Shown piece by piece: positions 1 to 11,018 of a stretch of DNA of 64,000 nucleotides; position 1 is the first letter of the stretch; the number at the start of each line of letters is the position of its first letter. The notes under the pieces are model-generated. The model ran no database searches and was not told the DNA's origin. It saw only the letters and a program-made list of their open reading frames with translations. A program made the position numbers and the translations under genes. Location: positions 46,936,001 through 47,000,000 of the forward strand of contig OZ076409.1 of assembly GCA_964187785.1 (NCBI GenBank), in the 5' to 3' direction. This DNA comes from Amphiscolops sp. MND2022. Taxonomy: Eukaryota.

Positions 1-418
1 GCGCAAAACTTTTTGGAAAAAGTTTGAAATTTTCGAAAAAAATTCTTTCGGAAAATGTCGCACAGTGCCGAAAAATGTAAAAGGAGGACCCTTTTTGATT
101 TATAAACACGCATTCTGCAGCAAAATGACAAAAAACTCAAAGGGGGGACCCTTTAGGGACATTAAAAAAATTTCGAAAAAAGTCGCACAGTGCCGAAAAA
201 AAATCGAAAGCCCTTTAGTCCCGTCCGGGCTTGTAGGTAACGTTTAAAAAGTAAATGAATGCGCTCCCCGTTTGCCTTTAGCGGTCCAGTAGTCTAGTAC
301 TTTATTTAGTAGTTGAACGTTAATTTTAACGTTCGTCGCTTCGAGTCTGTCTTAAATAAAAAAAAACGAGTGACTGTAATAGTCGGGCTCTTTTCTTAAG
401 AAAAGCGCCGACTAAAAA
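1..418 (-). mobile_element. Non-autonomous Helentron-associated element (HINE/DINE-1-like), cut by window edge
   Basis: Ends in agtcgggc...gaaaagcgccgactaaaaa (subTIR plus palindrome next to an A/T run). Internal gtcgcacagtgccgaaaa/ggggacccttt subrepeats are shared with 5 other copies. Confidence 0.7.
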
Positions 419-876
419 TACAAGGTGTCAAAGACTTCTGGTAGTCCAGCGCAATTCCTTTGTTGCATATGTCGGCTATTATGAAGAAGTATGGCTACTT
501 AGTTGGGTCGTCGGCCGGCGTCGAGAGAACAATCTACTACAACAATATTCAGACAGACTATTTCTCGGGGTAGAGAATCTTTTGTTTCTGCATTTCAACG
601 CTGGAAAATTGTAATTCTAATCTTTTCCCTTCATATTCCATTTTGATATACAATTTTTTCAAAAAAAGTAGCGAGAAATGAGCGTGTATTCAGACTTTGT
701 GCGTGAAAATTGCCGTAAAATGTGGCGTAAAAATCGACGGTAAAATTCCGTGAAATCGCACGAGCCTGTTCGAAACATCACTCTACATGACACGTGAGAG
801 AAGGCGAGCAAAAATACTGAAAAAAAATCCTCAGAAATAATCAAAGTTGTGTTGGTTAGATTCGAATCCCGGACAC
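1..876. repeat. Direct duplication, copy 1 (copy 2 at 2523-3392)
   Basis: Near-identical to 2523-3392, including the HINE and ~460 bp of flank; both end at ttcgaatcccggacac. Confidence 0.9.
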
Positions 877-1533
877 TAAATGCCACTAAATGTAAATACT
901 AAATGCCTCAAAGTTTGACAGTCCAATCATGGGACAGCGATGAACTGGTTGATAAACAAAATATAATCAGTATTGTTTGTAAATTAGACAAAAATTTAAA
1001 ACTTGGTTTGCAAACCAAATATTACGTAGAGAGGCATTGGAAACTAATTTCACCATTATTTGTCAGAGAAGTTTTCATACAAACACGAATGTTAACTAGA
1101 TTAAATTCCGAGAAACTTTTATCAAAGGCATTTCTTTTGAATATCAATAATTTCCGAGAAAATGGGCAGAAAACTTAGGTATTCTAAACGTTATTATAAA
1201 TCAGGGGTTCCATTCTTTTATCACAGGACTGTACATCTCAAATGCCCAAGAAAACTTTAGAATGTTTGTTTATCCGATTTTCAAATAACTTGGAAGATAG
1301 CAGAAATCAGAGCCAGTTTTGTTTTGGTCCAATTCTTTTTTTTACAAACAACGGTTCAGTTTATTTCTTACACCATTGTACCTGATGTATACGCTAGTGA
1401 GAAATTTAAGGAAAAACAAATTTGTGCAAATTACAATGGACGCAAAGTTTGATGTAGAAGGACTATACGTGCTTTGCATAAATATGGCGCTACCTGAAAC
1501 GGATGCTGCTCGTCAGAAAACAATTCTTACCAA

Positions 1534-2095
1534 TTTTTAGTCGGCGCTTCATGGAGTGAAACGCGACTATTAAAGTGACTTTTTTCCATCCACACGAACT
1601 GACCAAAATAGTTCTTAAAAGTTCTACAAAATATTATTGCACCAAATTGCACCATTTGGCCTAGCGAACAGAACCAAAAAAGTTTTTCCTGTTTTTCCGT
1701 GTAACATACCATACCGGACGAGACCAAAGGGTCCCCCCTTTCAATTTTTTTGGCACTGCGAGACTTTTTTCGGAAATTTTTTTCCCAAAGGGCCCCCCTT
1801 CAATTTTTTTGCTGTTTTGCGTCAGAATGGATGTTGGAAAATCCCAAAAGGTCCCGCCTTTCAGTTTTTTCGGCACTGAGATTTTTTTCCGAAAATTTGT
1901 TTTTTCTCCAAAGGGTCCCCCCTCAACTGCGACAAAAATGTTGACAATTTCGGAAGTGTCCCCCTTTTAGCGCGCCACTCGGTCCATTTTTTCTGTTTTT
2001 TCGATTTTCGAGTACTGTAAATTGACTCTTGGAAGTCCTTTCGCTATTTTTGAGCCTTTGATATGGCGCCGACTTGGGCCGGTACCGGCTTGTTT
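1534..2095 (+). mobile_element. HINE/DINE-1-like non-autonomous Helentron element
   Basis: 5' TTTTT-AGTCGGCGC with adjacent palindrome (..cgcgact), internal tandem subrepeats, 3' subTIR GCGCCGACT, then hairpin gccggtaccggc and TTGTTT; no TSD. Confidence 0.75.
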
Positions 2096-2473
2096 GAAAA
2101 AAAAAACAGCCGCTCAACTGATTATGACGGCATTAAGTGAATACGAAGTTTTTTTTTGAAATGGGATTTTCAAGTGACAGCCCTTTCTATATGGTTTGCT
2201 GTTTCGCCAAAGTTCTGCATTCTACATTCGAAATCTGTGGTCAACTCCGACGCCTTACGCACATGAACCTGGTCATCTAATTTCTTCATAGGAATTTTGA
2301 AAAGGCCGTAGAGTGATGCAAAATATACGCCAATTTAGTCCAAGGTTTGTCCCAGTTGACTATTTTTGGAGGACTTGAAATACCTCAATCCGAATTGGTC
2401 GAGTACAGACGTCGAGCAAGAAAATTTGTTGCAATAATTACAGCAGAGAACCAGAACGAAGTAGCGGCAATCG

Positions 2474-2948
2474 AAACAAGACGGGAACGTCTCAAGTCGG
2501 CGCTATATCTAAGGCTCAAAAAGCGCAAAACATTTTTTTGGAAAGTTTGAAATTTTCGAAAAAAAAATTCTTTCGGAAAATGTCGCACAGTGCCGAAAAA
2601 TGTAAAAGGAGGACCCTTTTTGATTTATAAACACGCATTCTGCAGCAAAATGACAAAAAACTCAAAGGGGGGACCCTTTGGGGACATTAAAAAAATTTCG
2701 AAAAAAAGTCGCACAGTGCCGAAAAAAAAATCGAAAGCCCTTTAGTCCCGTCAGGGCTTGTAGGTAACGTTTAAAAAGTAAATGAATGCGCTCCCCGTTT
2801 GCCTTTAGCGGTCCAGTAGTTTAGTACTTTATTTAGTAGTTGAACGTTAATTTTAACGTTCGTCGCTTCGAGTCTGTCTTAAATTTAAAAAAAAAACGAG
2901 TGACTGTAATAGTCGGGCTCTTTTCTTAAGAAAAGCGCCGACTAAAAA
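2474..2948 (-). mobile_element. HINE/DINE-1-like element
   Basis: aaacaag...aagtcggcgctatatc at one end, agtcgggc...gcgccgactaaaaa at the other. Confidence 0.75.
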
Positions 2949-3392
2949 TACAAGGTGTCAAAGACTTCTGGTAGTCCAGCGCAATTCCTTTGTTGCATAT
3001 GTCGGCTATTATGAAGAAGTATGGCTACTTAGTTGGGTCGTCGGCCGGCGTCGAGTAAACAATCTACTACAACAATATTCAGACAGACTACTTCTCGGGG
3101 TAGAGAATCTTTTGTTTCTGCATTTCAACGCTGGAAAATTGTAACTCTAATTTACATTTTGATATACAATTTTTTCAAAAAAAGTAGCGGGAAATGAGCG
3201 TGTATTCAGACTTTGTGCGTAAAAATTGCCGTAAAATGTGGCGTAAAAATCGACGGTAAAATTCCGTGGAATCGCACGAGCCTGTTCGAAACATCACTCT
3301 ACATGACACGTGAGAGAAGGCGAGCAAAAATACTGAATAAAAATCCTCAGAAATAATCAAAGTTGTGTTGGTTAGATTCGAATCCCGGACAC
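2523..3392. repeat. Direct duplication, copy 2 of 1-876
   Basis: Sequence identity with 1-876 apart from a few substitutions and indels. Confidence 0.9.
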
Positions 3393-4082
3393 GTATGAAA
3401 AAATCTGGAAGGAATCAAAAAGTATATTCATCAATTCTACAAAAAAGGCCTATGTGGCTCAATAATAATTCTGCATTAGGATAAAACATAACTTCGACTT
3501 TCTATAAAAACCATGAAATAACAATACACCCCCGCTAATATTGTACCAGTTTATAGCGCCTTTTATTCTTCTCAGACTAACAGTAAGCTTTACTACTTGA
3601 ACAAAAGAATAAAATTACTCAAAGTATATTACGTTTCACATTCGAATGCAGGCGAAGATATTGGCGTACGAATATCTAACACTTGCTTTGCAGCACAATA
3701 AAAGCGCTGCCTCTCGGCTAAAGAGAAACACATCAACTAGTTGCAGACTTGGAATAGCACTGCCTCACAGCAACCGCAAACGTATACGTTTCATGAAAAA
3801 ATGTAAAAAAAAAAGTAATATCTTTGTTACATGAACGAAAGACAAAAACCTTCCACCAATAACAATTGCCCGCAATAGCCAATAACCATCAAAATTGATC
3901 TGGCCTAGTTGCTCAGAGAGCCAGATAATAGAAAGAGCCAGTGTATAAAAATTTCTCCCCTGACTGCTGAGAATTAGAATAGCTACTAAGGAAACAATTG
4001 GGGAAAATATTGTCGGGAAAATGGATGTCACGCGGAAATATCCAAAAGATGGGAAACGTCGCTATATCCACAATCAGTAAAA

Positions 4083-4322
4083 ATGCATTCTAATGAAAAT
4101 GAACGTGTTCGTGAAATTAAAAACGCTAGTTTCACCACACTCTTATTTAGCACTAACGGTGCTACAGGTGAAGAGGCAAGTCATTTTCACAAAGTTTTGG
4201 CTGAAAAATTGAGTGAAAAAACTAAATCCACACGTCGAAGCGATCACGTTCATTCGAAAGCGGATCTCCTTTACCATCATTGGTACAGCGCTCAACGCTT
4301 TGAGAGGCAAAAAGAAAAATGT
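4083..4322 (+). pseudogene. 3' fragment of a CRE-type retrotransposon ORF (restriction-like endonuclease C-terminus)
   Basis: NERVREIKNASFTTLLFSTNGATGEEA..FHKVLAEKLSEK, then after a frameshift IRKRISFTII...LRGK; matches the typical CRE RLE tail. Confidence 0.6.
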
Positions 4323-5024
4323 CTTAAGGACCACACCAATTAACGAATGTGACATCATCATGGCCAGCACCCTCTAACATGAAATTTGAATCGATCGTCT
4401 TAGCAGAAGAAATATCCGCCATATTAAAAGAAAACCAAAGAGATCAGGAAGTAGTTCTCAGTTCCAACATTCAACTTCTACTGCATCAAACCCAAGCCAT
4501 AAGACCTGGAGACGTTCACCAGCCTAAATCTATCCAGAATAGTTGCAGAATCTATCCAGAAATCGATCCAGATTTTCATCAGATCATCATTATAACATTT
4601 GAAAGCGAATTTGTGTTTGATATTCGATCCGGGATCCAGTTGGATTTTAACTCAACTTACTTAATTCAAGTTCTTTTGTTATTCTAACGAAAATACGTTA
4701 TGTCAGATAGTAAAGTTATTACATAGTATCGATTGCTTAAATTTGTATAGATGGAAAAATTCCTGAACGGAACTCACATGCTGCTTGCGAAGTACGCACC
4801 CCAGCTTCTAGGCCGAGTTGCAGGACTTCAGCGAGGTTGCTACTTAGTTTAGCGAGTTGTCATTCACACAAATTGTCCGCATTTTCCATGTAACATTTGC
4901 CATCACGGGCGTAATGATAGTATTAATGAGGAAAATGAGCAAAAAAATGTGCTAGATGACACATTGAACGAGGATTCTAAAAAATAGTCATAACATAAAA
5001 TTCGGCAATGAAAGCAAATCTTAC

Positions 5025-5409
5025 CAGCTGCTTCAATTCTGTTTTTCTCATCTTCAAGGTGGGGTTTGTGATCTCTCGTACTGAATGCTACTGACCCATT
5101 TCGACACAGCAGTGACCTCGAATCCCCGCAATTGGCAAAGAAAAATTTGGTAGGAGAAACAAGGCACGACGAAACAGTAGTTCCACTTGACTCCTCGCCA
5201 TTCGTAATTGTTGGCGTTTGCCGTAGAAGCGTATCCAGCTCCAAGAATCCTAACCTTATAACCTCCTTGATAGTGGTGTCTTCAAGCTTGTCAATGTCAA
5301 CATTTTGAAAAGCATCATGCTTGGTTATTACGTCCAACAAATTACTAGCACAGTGATTGGATACAAAAGCACCGGCATGTCCATCATAGACAGCGAAAAA
5401 CGACCAGTC
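5025..5409 (-). CDS. PPM1A/B: Protein phosphatase 2C (PPM1A/PPM1B-like), coding exon 2
   Basis: DWSFFAVYDGHAG...SGTT...ANCGDSR...TRDHKP...EKNRIEAAG. AG acceptor at 5410-5411, GT donor at 5023-5024 (phase 1). Later exons not found in the window. Confidence 0.92.
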
Positions 5410-5473
5410 CTAAAACAATCTATTTGAAACAAAGAATAAAGTAAGAACAGGAAACTTGGATGAAAAATATTAC

Positions 5474-5626
5474 CTTCAGGCCAGATGGCAAACCAATTAC
5501 ACATGAATGGGCATCTTCCATTTTGGTTCGCCAACCTTGCATCGCAGAGAGGCCAAATCTACACCCGTTTCCTTCTCCATTGAGCGTTTCCTTCTCAATC
5601 TTAGGTTTATCAAGGAAAACCCCCAT
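5474..5626 (-). CDS. PPM1A/B: Protein phosphatase 2C (PPM1A/PPM1B-like), first coding exon
   Basis: MGVFLDKPK...[14 protein letters not shown]. Phase-0 64-nt intron 5410-5473 (GT..AG). An acceptor ttttgcag just upstream of the ATG implies a 5'UTR intron. Confidence 0.92.
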
Positions 5627-6424
5627 ATGCCAATCTGCAAAAAAGCTACTGATTCTGATTTTTCTTTTTACCTCAGTCAGATGACATAGATTGTAGTCAT
5701 TAATCTAGTGCCGTTTAGGTCATCATGTAGGGGGAAGATGACACACACCCGAGTTCTGCAACTAAAAGGAAACGAAATAAACGATAAAGCGTAACTTTTA
5801 CTCATGCCAGACACTATCCCAGTGGACCGACGGACCCAAAATTTTTTTCATCACAATTGGATCGTCGCCATTAATAAGCGTTTTTAAAAAAAAAACGCTT
5901 CTTTATCCATCATGTGCCCCCAGACCGGACGGAAGACAAAAAATCCACCCAACACAGGAAACAAAAAATTAATGGACCCAAAACAAGAAAAAACTCAAGT
6001 TCTGATAAGTAACCTTTAAACGTGTGCTTTTGAGCTGGGAACATTCTGATCCCCAAGGTTTCTATCAAGAGTTCATTTCTGGTGAACTCTTAGAGCACAC
6101 GCTCGCCACAAAAAAGCTTCAACTCGATCTTTCGCTAAGTTTTCCTCCCACTCGGCCTCGCTCAGCAAAAGGGCTGCAATCGGCCACAGAGCACTAAATG
6201 GGAGATACATATATACGTCTAAAATAGGCCCTTATTTGCGGGCGAATGTTGAGTAAAACAGTTTGTAAGAAGAAGAAATCAACTAACCTTCGGGATGTGG
6301 CAGTACAAATGACTTTCTATCATTGATTCCAGAACAAAGTAAATAGTATAAAGAGAATTTGACACAGAAGGAAGGCAGGTGAGGATTGCAGGGTTATAAG
6401 AATTAATCGATGCTTGCAATAAAG

Positions 6425-7505
6425 GGGTGGCTGTAAATAGGTCGAATTTTTCTGGTCGAAAGGACTGAGGTCGAACCTTTTGATCGAATTACAGGGATCG
6501 AATGGAATGCGGTCGAATTTTATCGTATTTGTTGTATGGCTCGGTCGCTTCGCTCCCTTCGCCAAGTAGCAACATTGAGGCATGGCCATATGGCAGGTTA
6601 CCAGTCACTCGGCTTAATACCATTTGGCTTAATTTTTTCGTCGAGTCATTTGGCTTAAAAATTTTAAGCCAAGTGACCACAAAATTAAGCCAACTCCATT
6701 CCAACTCAAGGAATAAATATGTCAACTCCCGGAAATATCAAAATGCGGGGCATATGCGGTGAATGCACGCTCGCCCTCACCGTCGCAAAGACCAGCTCCC
6801 ACTACGATCGCTTCGCGATCTTCGTTCCCGCTAGGTCTTTGCTCCTGTTCGACCTCGCTTAGCAAGATGGGAATATAAGCGGCCCCAAGGGGCCGCAGGT
6901 CACTAGAGGAAATGGGGACATATCCGAGGGGTACTTGATATAATATGTTATAATAATACGCTGACTACGTTATAAAGATAAATTCGACAAAATCTGCCAC
7001 GTGTTTTCAACTAAGTGATTTTAAGTCAAATGACTTTAAGCCAAGTGACCAATACCCGAGACACTTAGCTTAAAAAAATTAAGCCAAGTGACCAATTGTA
7101 TTAAGCCAAATGACTTTAAGCCAAATGGCATTAAGCCAAGTGACCATTTACTTGGCATGGCAGGTTACCAGTCACTTGGCTTAATACCATTTGGCTTAAT
7201 TTTTTCGTCGAGTCATTTGGCTTAAAAATTTTTAAAAAAATTGAGCCAAGTGACCAATTGTATTAAGCCAAATGACTTTAAGCCAAATGGCATTAAGCCA
7301 AGTGACCATTTACCTGGCATTCTTCGCTCCGCTTCGCTTCGCTTCGCTTCTGCATTCAGGGCACTAGGGGTATGTGAACACATCTGACTACGTTATAAAA
7401 ATTTCGATCCGAGTTGTTTCAATCCCATTCAAAAATTTGGTATTGTCGACCTGAGGACTAACTCTGATTTTCGATCCCGTTCCTTCGACCTATTTCCGCC
7501 CACCC
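6425..7505 (+). mobile_element. MITE family A (TCGA-rich, GGGTGG termini, 9-bp TSD; MULE/Merlin-like) with nested insert
   Basis: Imperfect TIRs gggtggctgtaaataggtcgaa / ttcgacctatttccgcccaccc; flanks gcaataaag / acaataaag. Confidence 0.85.
6596..7314 (+). mobile_element. Two head-to-tail TTAAGCC-rich foldback MITEs (6596-7152 full, 7163-7314 internally deleted) nested in MITE A
   Basis: Termini ggttaccagtcac / gtgaccatttacc; arrays of ggcttaa/ttaagcc; each unit flanked by tggca. Confidence 0.8.
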
Positions 7506-7835
7506 ACAATAAAGCCAGTCAACGCGTTTATAACATGCTTGTTTTCGCAATAGCGCTAACCAACTAGCGTTTCGTCAATGTTTTGATTTTGAAACTCCTT
7601 AATGAAACTCCTTCGGTGTTCCTGGTATGAGACACACGAAAATAAGAAATGTGCAGTATCATCGACAACTCTACGATAGGGACAAATATCGGTTTTGCTC
7701 TTTTTACTTCTGAATAAAACTTCGCGTACTTCAAAATCATTCATTAGAACATGTAGCGTTTTGACAGAACTTTCCTAGGATAAGATGCAAGCATTTTCAT
7801 GATGCTGTTTCTTACTTTAAGCCCTGAGCGATCTA

Positions 7836-8308
7836 GGTGGGGTATTTTTGGATCGAATTTTTGTGTGATCGAAAAGCGAGATCGAAAATGGATCGAAGGT
7901 TTTGAGATCGAATTTTTCCGTTTTTGCTAGGTTTTTGCTCCTGCAAAGCGTTTAAAATATTTTAGGTACTTTTCTCCACCTAATATGGGGTCATATACGG
8001 TGTATAGCACGCTCGCCCTCACCGTCGCAAAGACCAGCTCCCACTACGATCGCTTCGCGATCTCCGTTCCCGCTAGGTCTTTGCTCCTGTTCGACCTCGC
8101 TTAGCAAGATGGGAAGAAAAGCGGCCCCAAGGGGCCGCGGGGCACTAGAGGAAATTGGGGCATATCCGACGGCCAAAAACATTGTTATTTAAAAACACTA
8201 GGTATTTGAAAACATAGATTCGATCTCATTTTCTTTGACGATTTTACTTCGATCTCAATGACAGGCTGCATATTCGCGCAAATTCATTCGATCCAAACGC
8301 CCACCGCC
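7836..8308 (+). mobile_element. GATCGA-rich MITE carrying the shared core
   Basis: Perfect 9-bp TSD agcgatcta (7827-7835, 8309-8317); imperfect GG..tttggatcgaat TIRs. Confidence 0.85.
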
Positions 8309-8930
8309 AGCGATCTACATAAATTCTATGTCGCGAGCTGTGGAGTCAGAACTTTACCTGTTTGCCGATGACGCGAAGCTCTAAAGGGAAATACACTCAG
8401 ACGCAGATCAGAAAATGCTCCAAGATGACCTCCGAAAGTTGGGAAGCTGGTCGGTAGCAGTTTACTTCAATTCAATGAGAAAAAAGCGTGAAAATGACCC
8501 TCACAACAAAGAAAGACTCCACTGAGAGACATTACTTTATGAACACAACAAAGATGTTGGAAAATGTTAGATGTGAAAAAGACTTGGGTGTACTAACTGA
8601 TCACAAACTAAATTTTGACTTGCATATTGCTGAAAAAATAAAGAAGCTGCTTTTATCAAAAAATGTTTCAAAAAATTAAACTGCCATTCACTGAGTGTAC
8701 TAATTAAGACGCTTGTCAGACCCCACTTGGAATATTGTAACCAAGCATGGCATCCACATTTCCAAAAACACAGAAGTAACCTCGAAAATGCCCAGAGACG
8801 AGCGACAAGACTCATCCCTTCTCTCGCATCTCTCCCTTATGAACAAAGAATAATGAAACTAGCCCTACCCACCCTGGACTTCAGGAGGAAACAGGGTAGG
8901 ATGATTGAAGTTTACAAGATACGCAATGGA

Positions 8931-9190
8931 AGATTGCATGAAATGGGTCGAATGAAATAGGTCAAAAAAGATTAGGTCGACCCTTTTGGTCGAATAACTT
9001 AGGTCGAATTGACTGAGGTCGATTTGGGTCGAATGGACTTGGGTCGAAATCAATATGTTGTCTCCCTTGAACTTGGCATTTTTCAAGGTCGACCCAAGTC
9101 CATTCGACCCAATTCCGAAACGGTGAAGATTCGACCCATGGCACAGGAGGCCGATTCGACCCATTTCTTTCGACCCATTTCCGTTCACCC
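8931..9190. mobile_element. GGTCGA-rich foldback MITE inside CR1
   Basis: aaatgggtcgaa / ttcgacccattt inverted ends; flanks cgcaatgga / ctcaatgga. Confidence 0.8.
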
Positions 9191-9551
9191 CTCAATGGAG
9201 TGTATGATAAAAGAGTCACTGGAGGGATGCTGATGGAAAATGACAGAATCACAAGAGGAAATCAAAGAAAACTTGTGGTGCAGCCATCGAGGCAACATCA
9301 ACAAGAGGAAATTTTTTCACTGTAAGAGCAGCCAATGACTGGAATAGCCTGCCAGATGATGTCATGTCGACAGGAACCCTTGACGTTTTTAAAGCGAAAT
9401 TGGACAACACCTGGAGAAATTTGAAATACGGAATGACGATGGAAGGGGAACCCAAACAGCAATGAGCCAATCACCAAAGGCTTCGGCCTTAGATTGTGAA
9501 ACATCTATTCTTTTATTCTATTCTGAGTAATTTGAGGACATAAGACCTTGT

Positions 9552-11018
9552 GGGTGGGCGGAAATAGGTCGAAGGAACGGGATCGAAAATCAGAGTTAGT
9601 CCTCAGGTCGACATACCAAATTTTTGAATGGGATCGGAACAACTCGGATCGAAATTTTTATAACGTAGTCAGATATGTTCACATACCCCTAGTGCCCTGA
9701 ATGCAGGAGCGAAGCAAAGCGGAGCGACGTGCCATATGGCAATGCCTCAATGTTGTTACTTGGCGAAGGGAGCGAAGCGACCGAGCCATACAACAAATAC
9801 AATAAAATTCGACCGCATTCCATTCGATCCCTGCAATTCGATCAAAAGATTCGACCTTTGTCCTTTCGACCAGAAAAATTCGACCTATTTACAGCCACCC
9901 GACCTTGCTTTATTTCTCGTTGCCATTAGTGCCTGCAATACTCATCCACCTCCTTCTTAAAAGTACTGACTGAGGATTGTCTAGCATATTGTATGTATAT
10001 TGCGTTAATTTCATCGGGGTCACGATTTACAATTGAAATTTTGTGTACCAGAAATAATCTCACCATATTAATATGTTGGGGTATGATTGCTAAGTTACCT
10101 GGGTTTAGAAGGGTGGGCGGAAATAGGTCGAAGGAACGGGATCAAAAATCAGAGTTAGTCCTCAGGTCGACATACCAAATTTTTGAATGGGATCGGAACA
10201 ACTCGGATCGAAATTTTTATAACGTAGTCAGATATGTTCACATACCCCTAGTGCCCTGAATGCAGGAGCGAAGCGAAGCGGAGCGACGTGCCATATGGCA
10301 ATGCCTCAATGTTGCTACTTGGCGAAGGGAGCGAAGCGACCGAGCCATACAACAAATACAATAAAATTCGACCGCATTCCATTCGATCCCTGCAATTCGA
10401 TCAAAAGATTCGACCTTTGTCCTTTCGACCAGAAAAATTCGACCTATTTACAGCCACCCGACCTTGCTTTATTTCTCGTTGCCATTAGTGCCTGCAATAC
10501 TCATCCACCTCCTTCTTAAAAGTACTGACTGAGGATTGTCTAGCATATTGTATGTATATTGCCTTAATTTCTTCGGGGTCACGATTTACAATTGAAATTT
10601 TGTGTACCAGAAATAATCTCACCATATTAATATGTTGGGGTATGATTGCTAAATTACCTGGGTTTAGAAGGGTGGGCGGAAATAGGTCGAAGGAACGGGA
10701 TCGAAAATCAGAGTTAGTCCTCAGGTCGACATACCAAATTTTTGAATGGGATCGAAACAACTCGGATCAAACTTTTTATAACGTAGTCAGATATGTTCAC
10801 ATCCCCCTAGTGCCCTGAATGCAGGAGCGAAGCGAGGAGGAGCGACGTGCCATATGGCCATGCCTCAATCTTGCTACTTGGCGAAGGGAGCGAAGCGACC
10901 GAGCCATACAACAAATACGATAAAATTCGACCGCATTCCATTCGATCCCTGCTATTCGATCAAAAGGTTCGACTTCTGTCCTTTGGACCAGAAACATTCG
11001 ACCTATTTACAGCCAGCC
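9552..11018 (-). repeat. Three MITE-A copies (9552-9900, 10111-10459, 10670-11018) with a duplicated 210-bp spacer; period 559 bp
   Basis: Three 349-bp units; spacers 9901-10110 and 10460-10669 are near-identical LINE sequence; TSDs gaccttg(c)t and ggtttagaa. Confidence 0.92.

Larger units (their letters stand above)
7829..9522 (+). mobile_element. 5'-truncated CR1-type LINE remnant
   Basis: IYINSM..LFADDAKL, EKDLGV, LVRPHLEYC..W.P, RRATRLIP, FFTVR..WNSLP; (ATTCT)-like 3' tail; ctgag on both sides. Confidence 0.85.

Noticed and set aside
855..876. tRNA T-loop/B-box-like gattcgaatccc
   Set aside because: No cloverleaf or convincing A box; at most a SINE remnant.
65..2588. Short K/G/F-rich ORFs
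   Set aside because: Translations of HINE internal subrepeats.
4903..5024. C-terminal part of ORF 4903..5340 as PP2C coding sequence
   Set aside because: Read-through past the GT donor at 5024; similarity to PP2C stops at EAAG.
8007..8168. Self-cleaving ribozyme in the shared MITE core
   Set aside because: No hammerhead CUGAnGA/GAAA core seen on either strand, and I could not build an HDV-like fold by eye.
9552..11018. CRISPR-like repeat-spacer pattern
   Set aside because: Repeats are 349-bp MITEs, the spacers are copies of each other, there are no cas genes and the context is eukaryotic.
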